Shown: piece after piece, positions 55,821 to 64,000 of the stretch | How positions within the stretch are numbered: position 1 is the first letter of the stretch | How the letters are laid out: the number at the start of each line of letters is the position of its first letter | Virus record (IMG/VR): IMGVR_UViG_3300042908_001045 | Coordinates: 1 to 64,000 of that record | Source of the DNA: a virus | DNA: 64,000 nucleotides | Direction: 5' to 3' (one strand) | Notes under the pieces: model-generated | What the model saw: the letters and a program-made list of their open reading frames with translations, nothing else | Database searches by the model: none | What the model was told of the DNA's origin: nothing | Position numbers and translations under genes: made by a program

Positions 55821-56605
55821 TCTAATAATTGATGTCTACATCTGTATTTTGTCACTCTATCCCAGTAACTTCCACCATAGACAAATAATTCACTAACTCT
55901 ATCTCCTCCTAAGTTATGCAGTCCTGTTTTTTTTGCAGTATCTATAATTATTGCTACATGATGTGGTTGTACACCACTAAGAGTCATAACAATAACGTCA
56001 TTGTTTTTTAAAAGTTCATCATCCTCTAATTTTCTAAAATTTGCTTTGGAAAAATTTTCGTCCAATAAATTCCATGATGCATTAGTTGTTTCTTCAAGTG
56101 AAAATCCTCTTGGAAAGTCTGGTAATGTTATATCTAGCATTCCTTTATAGTAGGCTCTAAGTAAACTAAAACAATCAGAACGGTTGTAAACAAACGGCCA
56201 TTTTAGATAATAATCTATTTCCTTAAGAGAATAAATATTAAAATTGTCAAAGCAAGGAAATGGATTAATTATGTTGTTTGGATCAAACAAATCCCAGCAA
56301 TCAAACTCACTGTGATATAAGCAATACGCCAACTTATTAGACTTAGCATTACAAATGTCAGGAGGGCTTAAATATCCAGGCTGACTATCGTTCCAATGCG
56401 TGTGATAAACCATTTGAATCTTTCCATGAGATTCTATTAATCCATCAATTTCATCTGGATTAATTACAAACGCCTCATTTTTGTTCTCAGCAATGTTAGA
56501 ACATTTGTATGGCTTGTCATTGATTACAACACCACAAACTTCTTGTTTTGGAAACTGCTTAGAATGTTTAATAATATGTTCTTTAATATGTTGTGATAAT
56601 AGCAT
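55817..56605 (-). CDS. tail tip assembly protein K (JAB/Mov34 + NlpC/P60)
   Basis: P.QEVCG, YHTH...LS..D, DCFSL.R.YY, PHHVAI. Confidence 0.85.
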   Translation of the reverse strand: MLLSQHIKEHIIKHSKQFPKQEVCGVVINDKPYKCSNIAENKNEAFVINPDEIDGLIESHGKIQMVYHTHWNDSQPGYLSPPDICNAKSNKLAYCLYHSEFDCWDLFDPNNIINPFPCFDNFNIYSLKEIDYYLKWPFVYNRSDCFSLLRAYYKGMLDITLPDFPRGFSLEETTNASWNLLDENFSKANFRKLEDDELLKNNDVIVMTLSGVQPHHVAIIIDTAKKTGLHNLGGDRVSELFVYGGSYWDRVTKYRCRHQLLE

Positions 56606-56973
56606 TACATTACAATACCTAAGTTACTAGGAATATTAGATCTGACTTGACTAGCAGTGATTTTATTACTTATAACATATTGGTTTTCTCCAATTAAAGA
56701 TAAAACCCATTCTCCGCAAACACATTCTTTAAGATTTTGTCCTGTAGGACTCCAAAGAAACGACTTGTCAGCATATTGTCGTAACACGTTCAAAATATCG
56801 TTTACTTCGGATTCTGAGTAGACTGGGCTGCGAACATCCCATTCTACAATAGGAAATATTCCCTGAGTTAAAACTTGACTATAATTATCTCCTAGTCTAG
56901 TTTTAGCTGTAGGAATAAGAGTCTTTTGGCTTGTTTGCCAAGTAGGAGTAAGATAAAGAATTGGTAACGTCAT
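56605..56973 (-). CDS. minor tail protein M-like (distal tail)
   Basis: LGDNYSQ...GI, SFLWSP, VC.EW. Confidence 0.7.
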   Translation of the reverse strand: MTLPILYLTPTWQTSQKTLIPTAKTRLGDNYSQVLTQGIFPIVEWDVRSPVYSESEVNDILNVLRQYADKSFLWSPTGQNLKECVCGEWVLSLIGENQYVISNKITASQVRSNIPSNLGIVM

Positions 56974-59900
56974 GATGCTATAAAATAACCAATTGTGTAA
57001 TTAAAAGTGGATGCAGCAGAAGATACAATATTTAGTGCTGTGTTTGGAGATAAGCGTATTTCTCTGTTTTGCGCTAAATTAGCCTCTCCTTCCATTCCTT
57101 GGGAAGACAAGAAAAATCTAGCAACATTATCAGCACCATTTCTAATTGTAACTGTTTGTGCAGCAGTTCCTTCTAATTGTACTCTAATATATGATACATA
57201 AATTCTATTACCAGTTGGGACAGGAGCGCCAACAACAGTAGTTGTGGTAGCAGTAGTGATAGTATTTGTGATGAACACCATAGTTCTATCACTAATCGAC
57301 TGCTGAGTAAGTGTAATTAATATTTTCAACAATCCAATCAAACTTGTTGTGTTTGCATTGTAGTCAATGCTTGCCCAGCTATCTATAAACGATATACTAT
57401 CAATATTTATAATTGGAGCATCTGAAATAGCACCAATAGACACAATATTATTAGCTTCTGTAAGAAGTCTTTTGGTTAAAGAGATTAAACTAGCAGTACC
57501 CGTGTCAGTGGCTGCCGAACTATCTGTCGTCGTACCAATAGATGTAATTACTCCTTTTAAAAGTGCAACTAAACTGGCTGTTCCTGTAGTGGCTGCTGTA
57601 TCTGTTGTTGTTCCAATAGACGCAATATTATCTGTTTCTTGTAATAGTTTTTTGATTAAAGATATTAAAGTAGCAGTACCTGTGTCTGTTGTTGCTGCCG
57701 CATCTGTTGTTGTTCCTAAAACTGCACTAACATTACCAATTTGCTGGTTAATAGCAGTAACTGTGTTATCTCCATCGGTGCTTAATAGCCTTTTAAGTAA
57801 TGATATTAAGCTGGTATTTTGAGTGTCTGTAGTAGCTGCACTATCTGATGTGGTGCCAATTGAACTAATTAGTCCTTTCAATAATGAAACAACACTAGCG
57901 TTGCCAGAAGTGACTGCTGCATCAGATGTTGCTCCAATAGAAGCAACATTGTCTGTTTCTACTAACAACCGTTTTAATAAAGCTATAACAGTAAAAGTAC
58001 CTGTATCTGTTGTTGCTACTGCATCTGTTGTTGTTCCTAATGATGCAGTAACATTGTTTATTTGTTGATTGATAGCAGTAACTGTGTTATCTCCATCGGT
58101 ACTTAACAATCTTTTAAGTAGTGATATCAAACTAGTGTTTTGAGTGTCTGTCGTAGCTGCCGTATCAGAGGTAGATCCAATAGAGGCATTTAAGCCTTTA
58201 ATTAAAGACACTAAACTAGCAGAACCACTATTTGCCGCTGCATCTGAAGTTGTCCCAATAGAAGCAATGTTGTCAGTTTCTTGTAGTAATCTTTTGAATA
58301 AAGCAATTAAGCTAAACGTCCCGCTATCCGTTGTTGCCGCTGCATCTGCTCTAGTTCCAAGTAAAGTGTATATATCACTTAATTGTTGATTAGTGCCTGC
58401 CACACCGTCTGTTTCAAGTAGTCGTTTAATTAAAGATATTAAACTTGCATTGGCAGTGTCTGAAGTGGCCGAATTGTCAGTAATAGACCCTATTGCATTA
58501 TTTAATCCTTTAATTAAAGCTACTAAACTAGCGTCGCCTGATGCTGCTGCAACATCTGAAATGCTTCCAATTGATGCAATATTGTTAGTTTCTGATAACA
58601 ACCGTTTTAGCAACGCTATGACAGTAAAAGTACCTGCATCTGTCGTTGCCGCTGCATCTGATGTTGTTCCTAGCGCTGTAGTAACGTTACTTATTTGTTG
58701 ATTAATAGCAGTAACTGTATTATCTCCATCAGTTGCTAACAATCTTTTAAGTAACGATATTAAACTTGCATTTTCAGTATCTGTAGTGGCTGCACTATCT
58801 GATGTAGTGCCAATTGAAGTATTTAATCCTTTAACTAACGACACTAAGCTAGCAGAGCCACTGTTTGCCGACGCGTCTGAAGTAGTTCCAATAGAGGTAA
58901 TATTGTCAGTTTCTTGTAATAATCTTTTAATTAAAGATATTAAAGTAGCAGCACCTGTATCTGTCGTTGCTGCCGAGTCAGAATTAGTTCCAATAGATTG
59001 ATTTAATCCTTTGATTAAAGAGATTAAACTAACATTACCGGATATAGCAGCTAAATCACTGGTAGTTCCAATTGAAGATATGTTGTTAGTTTCACTTAAT
59101 AATCGCTTAAACAGTGATATTAACGTAAATACTCCATCATCTGAAGTAGCTAATGAATCATTGGTAGTTCCAATTGAAGCAAGTATATTAGATAAATGCT
59201 GATTAATACTGTTTATGTTACTGCTATCCCCATCAGTACTTAACAATCTTTTGAGTAGAGAAATTAAAGTAGCTGAGTCAGTATCTGAAGTTGCTGGTGT
59301 GTCTGATGTTGCCCCAATAGTTAAATTAAGTCCTTTAAGTAAACTAACTACACTAGCATTACCAGATGTAGCAGCTGTATCCGACACTTCTCCAATTGAT
59401 GCAATATTATTTGTTTCTTGTAATAATTTTTTAAGTAAAGAAATTATGCTAAATGTTCCTGTATCGTTAGTTGCGACTGCATCTGTTGTGTTTCCTAAAG
59501 TTGTGGTGACATTACCAATTTGCTGATTAATAGCAGTAACTGTATTATCTCCATCACTTGCTAATAGTCTTTTAAGCAATGATATCAAACTAGAATTTTG
59601 GTCATCTGCTGTAGCTGCTGCATCAGAAGTAGATCCAATGGAAATGTTCAAACCTTTAATTAAAGATATTAAACTAGCATTCCCAGAGTTTGCCGACGCG
59701 TCTGAAGTTGCCCCAATCGAAGCAATATTATTAGTTTCAGTTAATAGTTTTTTAATTAAAGATATTAAACTAAATTGTCCATCATCTGCTGTAGCTGGAC
59801 TATCAATTGAAGTTCCGATAGAATTGTAAATATTAGCAAGTTGTTGATTAATGCCTTGGATATTGCCGCTATCGCCATCTGTACTTAATAGTCTTTTTAG

Positions 59901-60290
59901 CAAAGATATTACGCTAGCATTGGCTGTGTCTGATGTAGCAGGACTATCATTTATACTGCCAACAGAAGTTTCAACTTTATTATTTAGTTCAACACACTCT
60001 AATACAGACCTTTGCCCAAAGTCTATTAGTCTTTTTGTTAAAGCTATTAAAGTTCCATCACTAACGCTATAGTCAATTTGTGTTAAATCATCGGGAACTG
60101 TTATGTTATCGAGATCAGTAATAGTGTCCAGCAATTTGACGGTATCTATAGTTTTAGACGCAAAATCACTAATATCACCAACATCAGCTGAGGAAAATTC
60201 TGGAATATGTGGGTTAGCTTCTGTTCCCGCTCCTGATACTTTCCTGTATTTTACAGCACCAGCTCCATCAATATATCTAGCAGAACTCAT
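56970..60290 (-). CDS. long repetitive fibre-like virion protein
   Basis: Dozens of IG.T.D.AA..D....SLISL.K.L units. Confidence 0.7.
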   Translation of the reverse strand: MSSARYIDGAGAVKYRKVSGAGTEANPHIPEFSSADVGDISDFASKTIDTVKLLDTITDLDNITVPDDLTQIDYSVSDGTLIALTKRLIDFGQRSVLECVELNNKVETSVGSINDSPATSDTANASVISLLKRLLSTDGDSGNIQGINQQLANIYNSIGTSIDSPATADDGQFSLISLIKKLLTETNNIASIGATSDASANSGNASLISLIKGLNISIGSTSDAAATADDQNSSLISLLKRLLASDGDNTVTAINQQIGNVTTTLGNTTDAVATNDTGTFSIISLLKKLLQETNNIASIGEVSDTAATSGNASVVSLLKGLNLTIGATSDTPATSDTDSATLISLLKRLLSTDGDSSNINSINQHLSNILASIGTTNDSLATSDDGVFTLISLFKRLLSETNNISSIGTTSDLAAISGNVSLISLIKGLNQSIGTNSDSAATTDTGAATLISLIKRLLQETDNITSIGTTSDASANSGSASLVSLVKGLNTSIGTTSDSAATTDTENASLISLLKRLLATDGDNTVTAINQQISNVTTALGTTSDAAATTDAGTFTVIALLKRLLSETNNIASIGSISDVAAASGDASLVALIKGLNNAIGSITDNSATSDTANASLISLIKRLLETDGVAGTNQQLSDIYTLLGTRADAAATTDSGTFSLIALFKRLLQETDNIASIGTTSDAAANSGSASLVSLIKGLNASIGSTSDTAATTDTQNTSLISLLKRLLSTDGDNTVTAINQQINNVTASLGTTTDAVATTDTGTFTVIALLKRLLVETDNVASIGATSDAAVTSGNASVVSLLKGLISSIGTTSDSAATTDTQNTSLISLLKRLLSTDGDNTVTAINQQIGNVSAVLGTTTDAAATTDTGTATLISLIKKLLQETDNIASIGTTTDTAATTGTASLVALLKGVITSIGTTTDSSAATDTGTASLISLTKRLLTEANNIVSIGAISDAPIINIDSISFIDSWASIDYNANTTSLIGLLKILITLTQQSISDRTMVFITNTITTATTTTVVGAPVPTGNRIYVSYIRVQLEGTAAQTVTIRNGADNVARFFLSSQGMEGEANLAQNREIRLSPNTALNIVSSAASTFNYTIGYFIAS

Positions 60291-60292
60291 GA

Positions 60293-60730
60293 TTAAAACT
60301 CTAAAGCAATGAATGAATTTATTTTAGCAGTAAAATCTAATACTGAATTACTATAGAATAATTCAACTGGTAAAACTGACTCCTCCCAGTCAGAAAACAA
60401 ATTAGTTAAAAAATTAGCTCGAACTCTAGTGTAGTAAGTATCTACTGGTAAATTATAGAAAACTGTTGTTAAATCAAAAACCGTTCTAGATTGTTGCCAA
60501 AAATTTTCGTCTTTTCGTTTTATTTCAGCAGTGTAGCTGGTAGCCCAAGGAGAATTAATATCTTCTTGAAGTGGTTGCTGCCAAGAAACGTAAATATTAA
60601 ATAAATCAGCATTAATAGAAGATAATTGAGTTGCTGGAATCAAAGAACTTGACATTACTATATTTCTTGGTTTTTGCCCAACAACTGGAAGTACCGTTTT
60701 AGATGGTAAATCGTCAAATTCCCATGTCAT
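60293..60730 (-). CDS. fibronectin type III module protein (tail tip)
   Basis: PRNI...VSWQQP...Y..EIK...Y.TRVRA...SDW. Confidence 0.75.
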   Translation of the reverse strand: MTWEFDDLPSKTVLPVVGQKPRNIVMSSSLIPATQLSSINADLFNIYVSWQQPLQEDINSPWATSYTAEIKRKDENFWQQSRTVFDLTTVFYNLPVDTYYTRVRANFLTNLFSDWEESVLPVELFYSNSVLDFTAKINSFIALEF

Positions 60731-61077
60731 TATACGGACTCCGTCCAGTCAGATAAGCTGTTGTCAAAGAATATTGCTCTAACTCTTACGTAATAATTAC
60801 CTGGTTGTATATTTTCGAAAGTAGTAAACAAATCTGTAGTTGTTCTAGTTTGCTCCCAAATTCCTTCTTGTCCTTTTTTGATTTCTGCTACATAGCCTAT
60901 TACCCAAGGAGATACAGCATTATCTAATAATGGTTGTTGCCAAGACGCAAAAACGTTAAATAAATCAACTTCTACAATCGTAGGAATTCGTATACTAGAT
61001 AAACTTATGTTTCTTGGACTAGCATTAGCGTTTGGAAGTGCTGTCTTAACTGGTAAATTATCAAATTCCCAAGTCAT
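60730..61077 (-). CDS. fibronectin type III module protein (paralog of the previous gene)
   Basis: Same MTWEFD.LP.KT.LP start and FN3 motifs. Confidence 0.75.
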   Translation of the reverse strand: MTWEFDNLPVKTALPNANASPRNISLSSIRIPTIVEVDLFNVFASWQQPLLDNAVSPWVIGYVAEIKKGQEGIWEQTRTTTDLFTTFENIQPGNYYVRVRAIFFDNSLSDWTESV

Positions 61078-63014
61078 ACCATTCTCATCTCATCAATAAA
61101 AGTATATTTACTATCATCATACTCTGCTGCTGTAATTTCATGCATACCTTCTATTGTTTCAGTTACAGGAACTCTGTTAATTACTCTGTATTTTTTAGGT
61201 TTAACGCTAGTTCCGGATAATATCCAGTTAGACTCAGGAAGTGGAATCATAGGAAAATTTGAAGATACTACAATCGTTGATATATCGCTTCCTGCCCCAG
61301 TAACTACAGTTCTTTCCACCGCTGTTCCATTGCTTAAAGTAACACTGATTTTGTAAGACTCTCCTGAAATTAACGTTACTGGACTATCTAGCGTAACAGT
61401 GTTTTCTGTGGCTGCTTTGATTAATCCTCCATATCTCATCTCTACTCTTTGTGAATCTAAAATATTAATTACGTCTCCTGGTTTAATAAATGCAGCGTAA
61501 GCCCTAGCTTTAAAAATAACTGTTTCTTGTTCTAGTCTATCTCCCATTAAAATAGCTACTCCAGCTCGCCTTGCTTGTCCTCTAGAAGTACATGCAATTG
61601 CTTCTACTTCTAGTTCTTTAATACCCCATTTCTGAATGCCGATAGGGTCTTCTACTACTTCTACTGTTTTCCTATAAAAATCATTTGGGTTAAGCCAGCT
61701 AACTAATGCTATTGTTTTTTTACTTTTTAATCCAGTTCTAGCATAAGTAAACAAGCCTTCTTCTACATCAGCTTGCGTAAATTGATATGAAACATTTGTT
61801 GGCTTGTCAGCGACGAATGTTATCGCACCAGATTGCCAATAGCTAAATCCTCTAAAAATTGTTATTAAAGATTGCAATACTTGGTACGCTTCTGTTTTAC
61901 TCTGTAAAGCTATATTGCATTGAAATCTATGTTCTGTACCACCGTATCCATCTGGTACTAATCCATTGCAATACTGGCTAATCTCATATAATCCCCACTT
62001 ATCTATTTGCCCAATATCAATATAGTCTCCAAGCCCATATCTTGTGTTTGTTAGTAAATCATAAAGAATCCATGCTGGATCAGAAACAGCAAGAGTTGAG
62101 TAAATAAAACTTCCGTTCCAAGTTCCACTGTATGTTAATCCTCTTTGCGCTGTGACAGTAGCATTACTGGGTATTCTAATAAGCATGCCAAAAACTTTAA
62201 AAGCAGCTGTAGGAATAGATGAAAAGCCACTAGTATTAAATCCAAACGCAGCTATAGCAGTGTTGGGATAACGTAAAGTAGTTGAATTTATTTTTGTGTA
62301 TCCAATCCATTGCATTTGACGTTGATAACCTTGCTGCTGGGTTTCTTCATTGTCTACTGTAAAATTTTGCACTCTTAATGTTAAAGAAGATAATGTATTT
62401 GCAGGGACAGGAATTGCGTAGTCAAACTCAGTAGGAGACGGAAATCTACCACCTATCGTAGTAGATAAAACAGTCACAAAAGCATTGTTATCTTGTTTTA
62501 ATGAAATTGCAAAACTTAAATCTGCGCCAGTGGTATCTCCATTATCTGGATTAATTCGTTGTAGTTGAAAAGAAAACTTAAAAATTATTAAATTTAGTAA
62601 AGTTTCACCTGGTTGAATAAATATGGTTTTATTAACACCATTTGGAATTGATTGTAAAACTTGAGCTGAGACTGATTCTGGAGAAGCAACCTGATCAAAT
62701 CCTGGAATTTCTGTTATAGCTGCTTGTGTTTGAGTGCCAGTTCTATATCCAAATTGAAAATCTTTAAAGTTTAAACTTCCATCATTGTTTTCTATAGGAG
62801 TTTCATCAAGAAAAACATTTCGTAAAGGATTTGAGCCTAATCCTTCTATAGTGCCTTCACAAATAGCTCCAAGAATATAAGCAGAAGCAACACTTCTTCC
62901 AGTTGGTTTTTGAATGCTTGGTTTACCACCGCCTTTACCGCCGCCTTTACCGCCGCCTCCACCGCCGCCTCCACCTTGCCCAAATATTTTAATTTCTTTC
63001 TTTTTTTTAACCAT
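61074..63014 (-). CDS. tail tip protein J (central fibre/hub), lacking FN3 C-terminus
   Basis: ICEG.IEGL, VFLDETPI, LRYPNTA, DPAWILYDLLTNTRYGLG, CTSRGQARR. Confidence 0.9.
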   Translation of the reverse strand: MVKKKKEIKIFGQGGGGGGGGGKGGGKGGGKPSIQKPTGRSVASAYILGAICEGTIEGLGSNPLRNVFLDETPIENNDGSLNFKDFQFGYRTGTQTQAAITEIPGFDQVASPESVSAQVLQSIPNGVNKTIFIQPGETLLNLIIFKFSFQLQRINPDNGDTTGADLSFAISLKQDNNAFVTVLSTTIGGRFPSPTEFDYAIPVPANTLSSLTLRVQNFTVDNEETQQQGYQRQMQWIGYTKINSTTLRYPNTAIAAFGFNTSGFSSIPTAAFKVFGMLIRIPSNATVTAQRGLTYSGTWNGSFIYSTLAVSDPAWILYDLLTNTRYGLGDYIDIGQIDKWGLYEISQYCNGLVPDGYGGTEHRFQCNIALQSKTEAYQVLQSLITIFRGFSYWQSGAITFVADKPTNVSYQFTQADVEEGLFTYARTGLKSKKTIALVSWLNPNDFYRKTVEVVEDPIGIQKWGIKELEVEAIACTSRGQARRAGVAILMGDRLEQETVIFKARAYAAFIKPGDVINILDSQRVEMRYGGLIKAATENTVTLDSPVTLISGESYKISVTLSNGTAVERTVVTGAGSDISTIVVSSNFPMIPLPESNWILSGTSVKPKKYRVINRVPVTETIEGMHEITAAEYDDSKYTFIDEMRMV

Positions 63015-63044
63015 TTGTTTTATTTTTTAAACAAAAAAACTAGA

Positions 63045-63623
63045 TTATGCTGGAATATAAGCACTACTTATTTTAGCCGAAATAACATAAAAACCAGAAA
63101 TCATGATACCGTAAATGATTGGTACTCTACCGCCTTCCTGTGTGTTAGACTGTATTCCACCAAAAGTTTCACTACTTTTTTCCGGCTCTTCTTTGGCTGG
63201 TTTGAACAAAGATGCAATACCTGCAAACAGTAACACGGCTCCCATCAAAATCGTCCAACTAGAAGTAAAAAACTTAGTTCCCCAAATTAGAACTCCACCT
63301 GGCGCAACTATTGCTAGAGTAAACAGTGCTGCTGCGCCTACCCACATCCACCAGTTATCTCCACTTCCGGAAATCACGGGAATAATTCTAATACTACGCA
63401 CTTTTTTTGAAATAGGACAATATAGTTTTTCTCCATGAACATCTTCATACCCAACTACTATTCTATACATCACTCCACGTTTTTCGGCTTGTTGTAAATA
63501 ATTTAAAAAATTGCTAAAATTGGCTTTTAAAGCTCGCATTAATTCGGCAATAGATTGTATAGCCAGTTCAATTTTATCTGTAAAAATATCGGCTAATTCA
63601 CCTTCTAGAGAGACTGTAATCAT
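63045..63623 (-). CDS. tail assembly protein I (ubiquitin-like N-terminus)
   Basis: V.LEGEL..F, IIPVISGSG, F.G...NT.EG..VPIIYG. Confidence 0.85.
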   Translation of the reverse strand: MITVSLEGELADIFTDKIELAIQSIAELMRALKANFSNFLNYLQQAEKRGVMYRIVVGYEDVHGEKLYCPISKKVRSIRIIPVISGSGDNWWMWVGAAALFTLAIVAPGGVLIWGTKFFTSSWTILMGAVLLFAGIASLFKPAKEEPEKSSETFGGIQSNTQEGGRVPIIYGIMISGFYVISAKISSAYIPA

Positions 63624-63954
63624 GAGTTATCCAACCATTCCTTTTATTCCCAGCTGGGATAATACAAAAACAGAACAATCAAATTTGATTGTAACTAAGT
63701 TTTTGCCTAATGCTGTTGAAGCAAGGGCATTTAAGACCAAAATTAATACCACAAATGTTACTTTCGCCGTGTCTGGAAATATTACAAATGCAACTGAAGT
63801 GGACAATTTTCTAAGACAGCGTAATGGGAAAGCATTTAAAATAGAAGGTAGCGACGAACTATATCATTGCACAGAATGGACAGTGCAAATATTAGCAGAT
63901 AATGTAAATGCGTTTTCTGCAACATTTGAACAAGTAAGGAGTTTTGCAACATGA
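63622..63954 (+). CDS. minor tail protein M-like, second copy
   Basis: P.IP.IPSW, VDNFLRQRNGKAF, C.EW, SATFEQV; ATG at 63622 preferred. Confidence 0.7.
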   Translation: MSYPTIPFIPSWDNTKTEQSNLIVTKFLPNAVEARAFKTKINTTNVTFAVSGNITNATEVDNFLRQRNGKAFKIEGSDELYHCTEWTVQILADNVNAFSATFEQVRSFAT

Positions 63955-64000
63955 TTCCAAATTTAATGACATTAAACCCTGATGCTTTTATAGAATTATA
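63951..64000 (+). CDS. minor tail protein L, 5' end (runs off window)
   Basis: ATGA-coupled to gpM; MIPNLMTLNPDAFIEL resembles gpL N-termini. Confidence 0.55.
   Translation, partial: MIPNLMTLNPDAFIEL

Noticed and set aside
57007-60312. Many + strand ORFs opposite the repeat protein
   Set aside because: Antisense shadows of a repetitive gene; same for short antisense or alternate-frame ORFs inside nrdJ, dnaN, dnaB, gpI/J and others
63511-63621. Longer 147-aa start for the + strand gpM
   Set aside because: The extension overlaps gpI antisense; similarity to the other gpM begins at ATG 63622
1-64000. Integrase, reverse transcriptase/DGR, rRNA, tape-measure gene
   Set aside because: No supporting motifs seen in this window; they may lie outside it

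Overview
The window is a 64-kb, AT-rich internal segment of a large tailed cyanophage genome. It looks like a siphovirus with a lambda-like gpM/L/K/I/J tail tip. A filamentous cyanobacterial host is inferred from cyanobacterial-type NrdJ, DnaN, two SSBs, ThyA, ParA, a SigF-like sigma factor and a pentapeptide protein. The left ~16 kb is an accessory/early region with a family of strong sigma70-type promoters. It carries an array-less type IV-B CRISPR-Cas effector operon (csf3-cysH-csf1-cas11-csf2), a second degenerate csf3 coupled to thymidylate synthase, a candidate ~90-nt structured ncRNA, an orphan HigA and a catalytically dead DUF262. The middle holds a class II ribonucleotide reductase with four inteins, a parA cassette flanked by 32-bp direct repeats that splits a TPR gene, and replication genes. 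The right part encodes packaging, head, neck and tail genes. These include four tail-tube paralogs, one with a nested (bracket-like) domain architecture, plus a -1 frameshifted tail chaperone, a sigma factor fused to an IS1 InsA-like domain and a split gpJ. I saw no CRISPR array, tRNA, rRNA, integrase or tape-measure gene. All calls come from motif recognition by eye; no searches were run.
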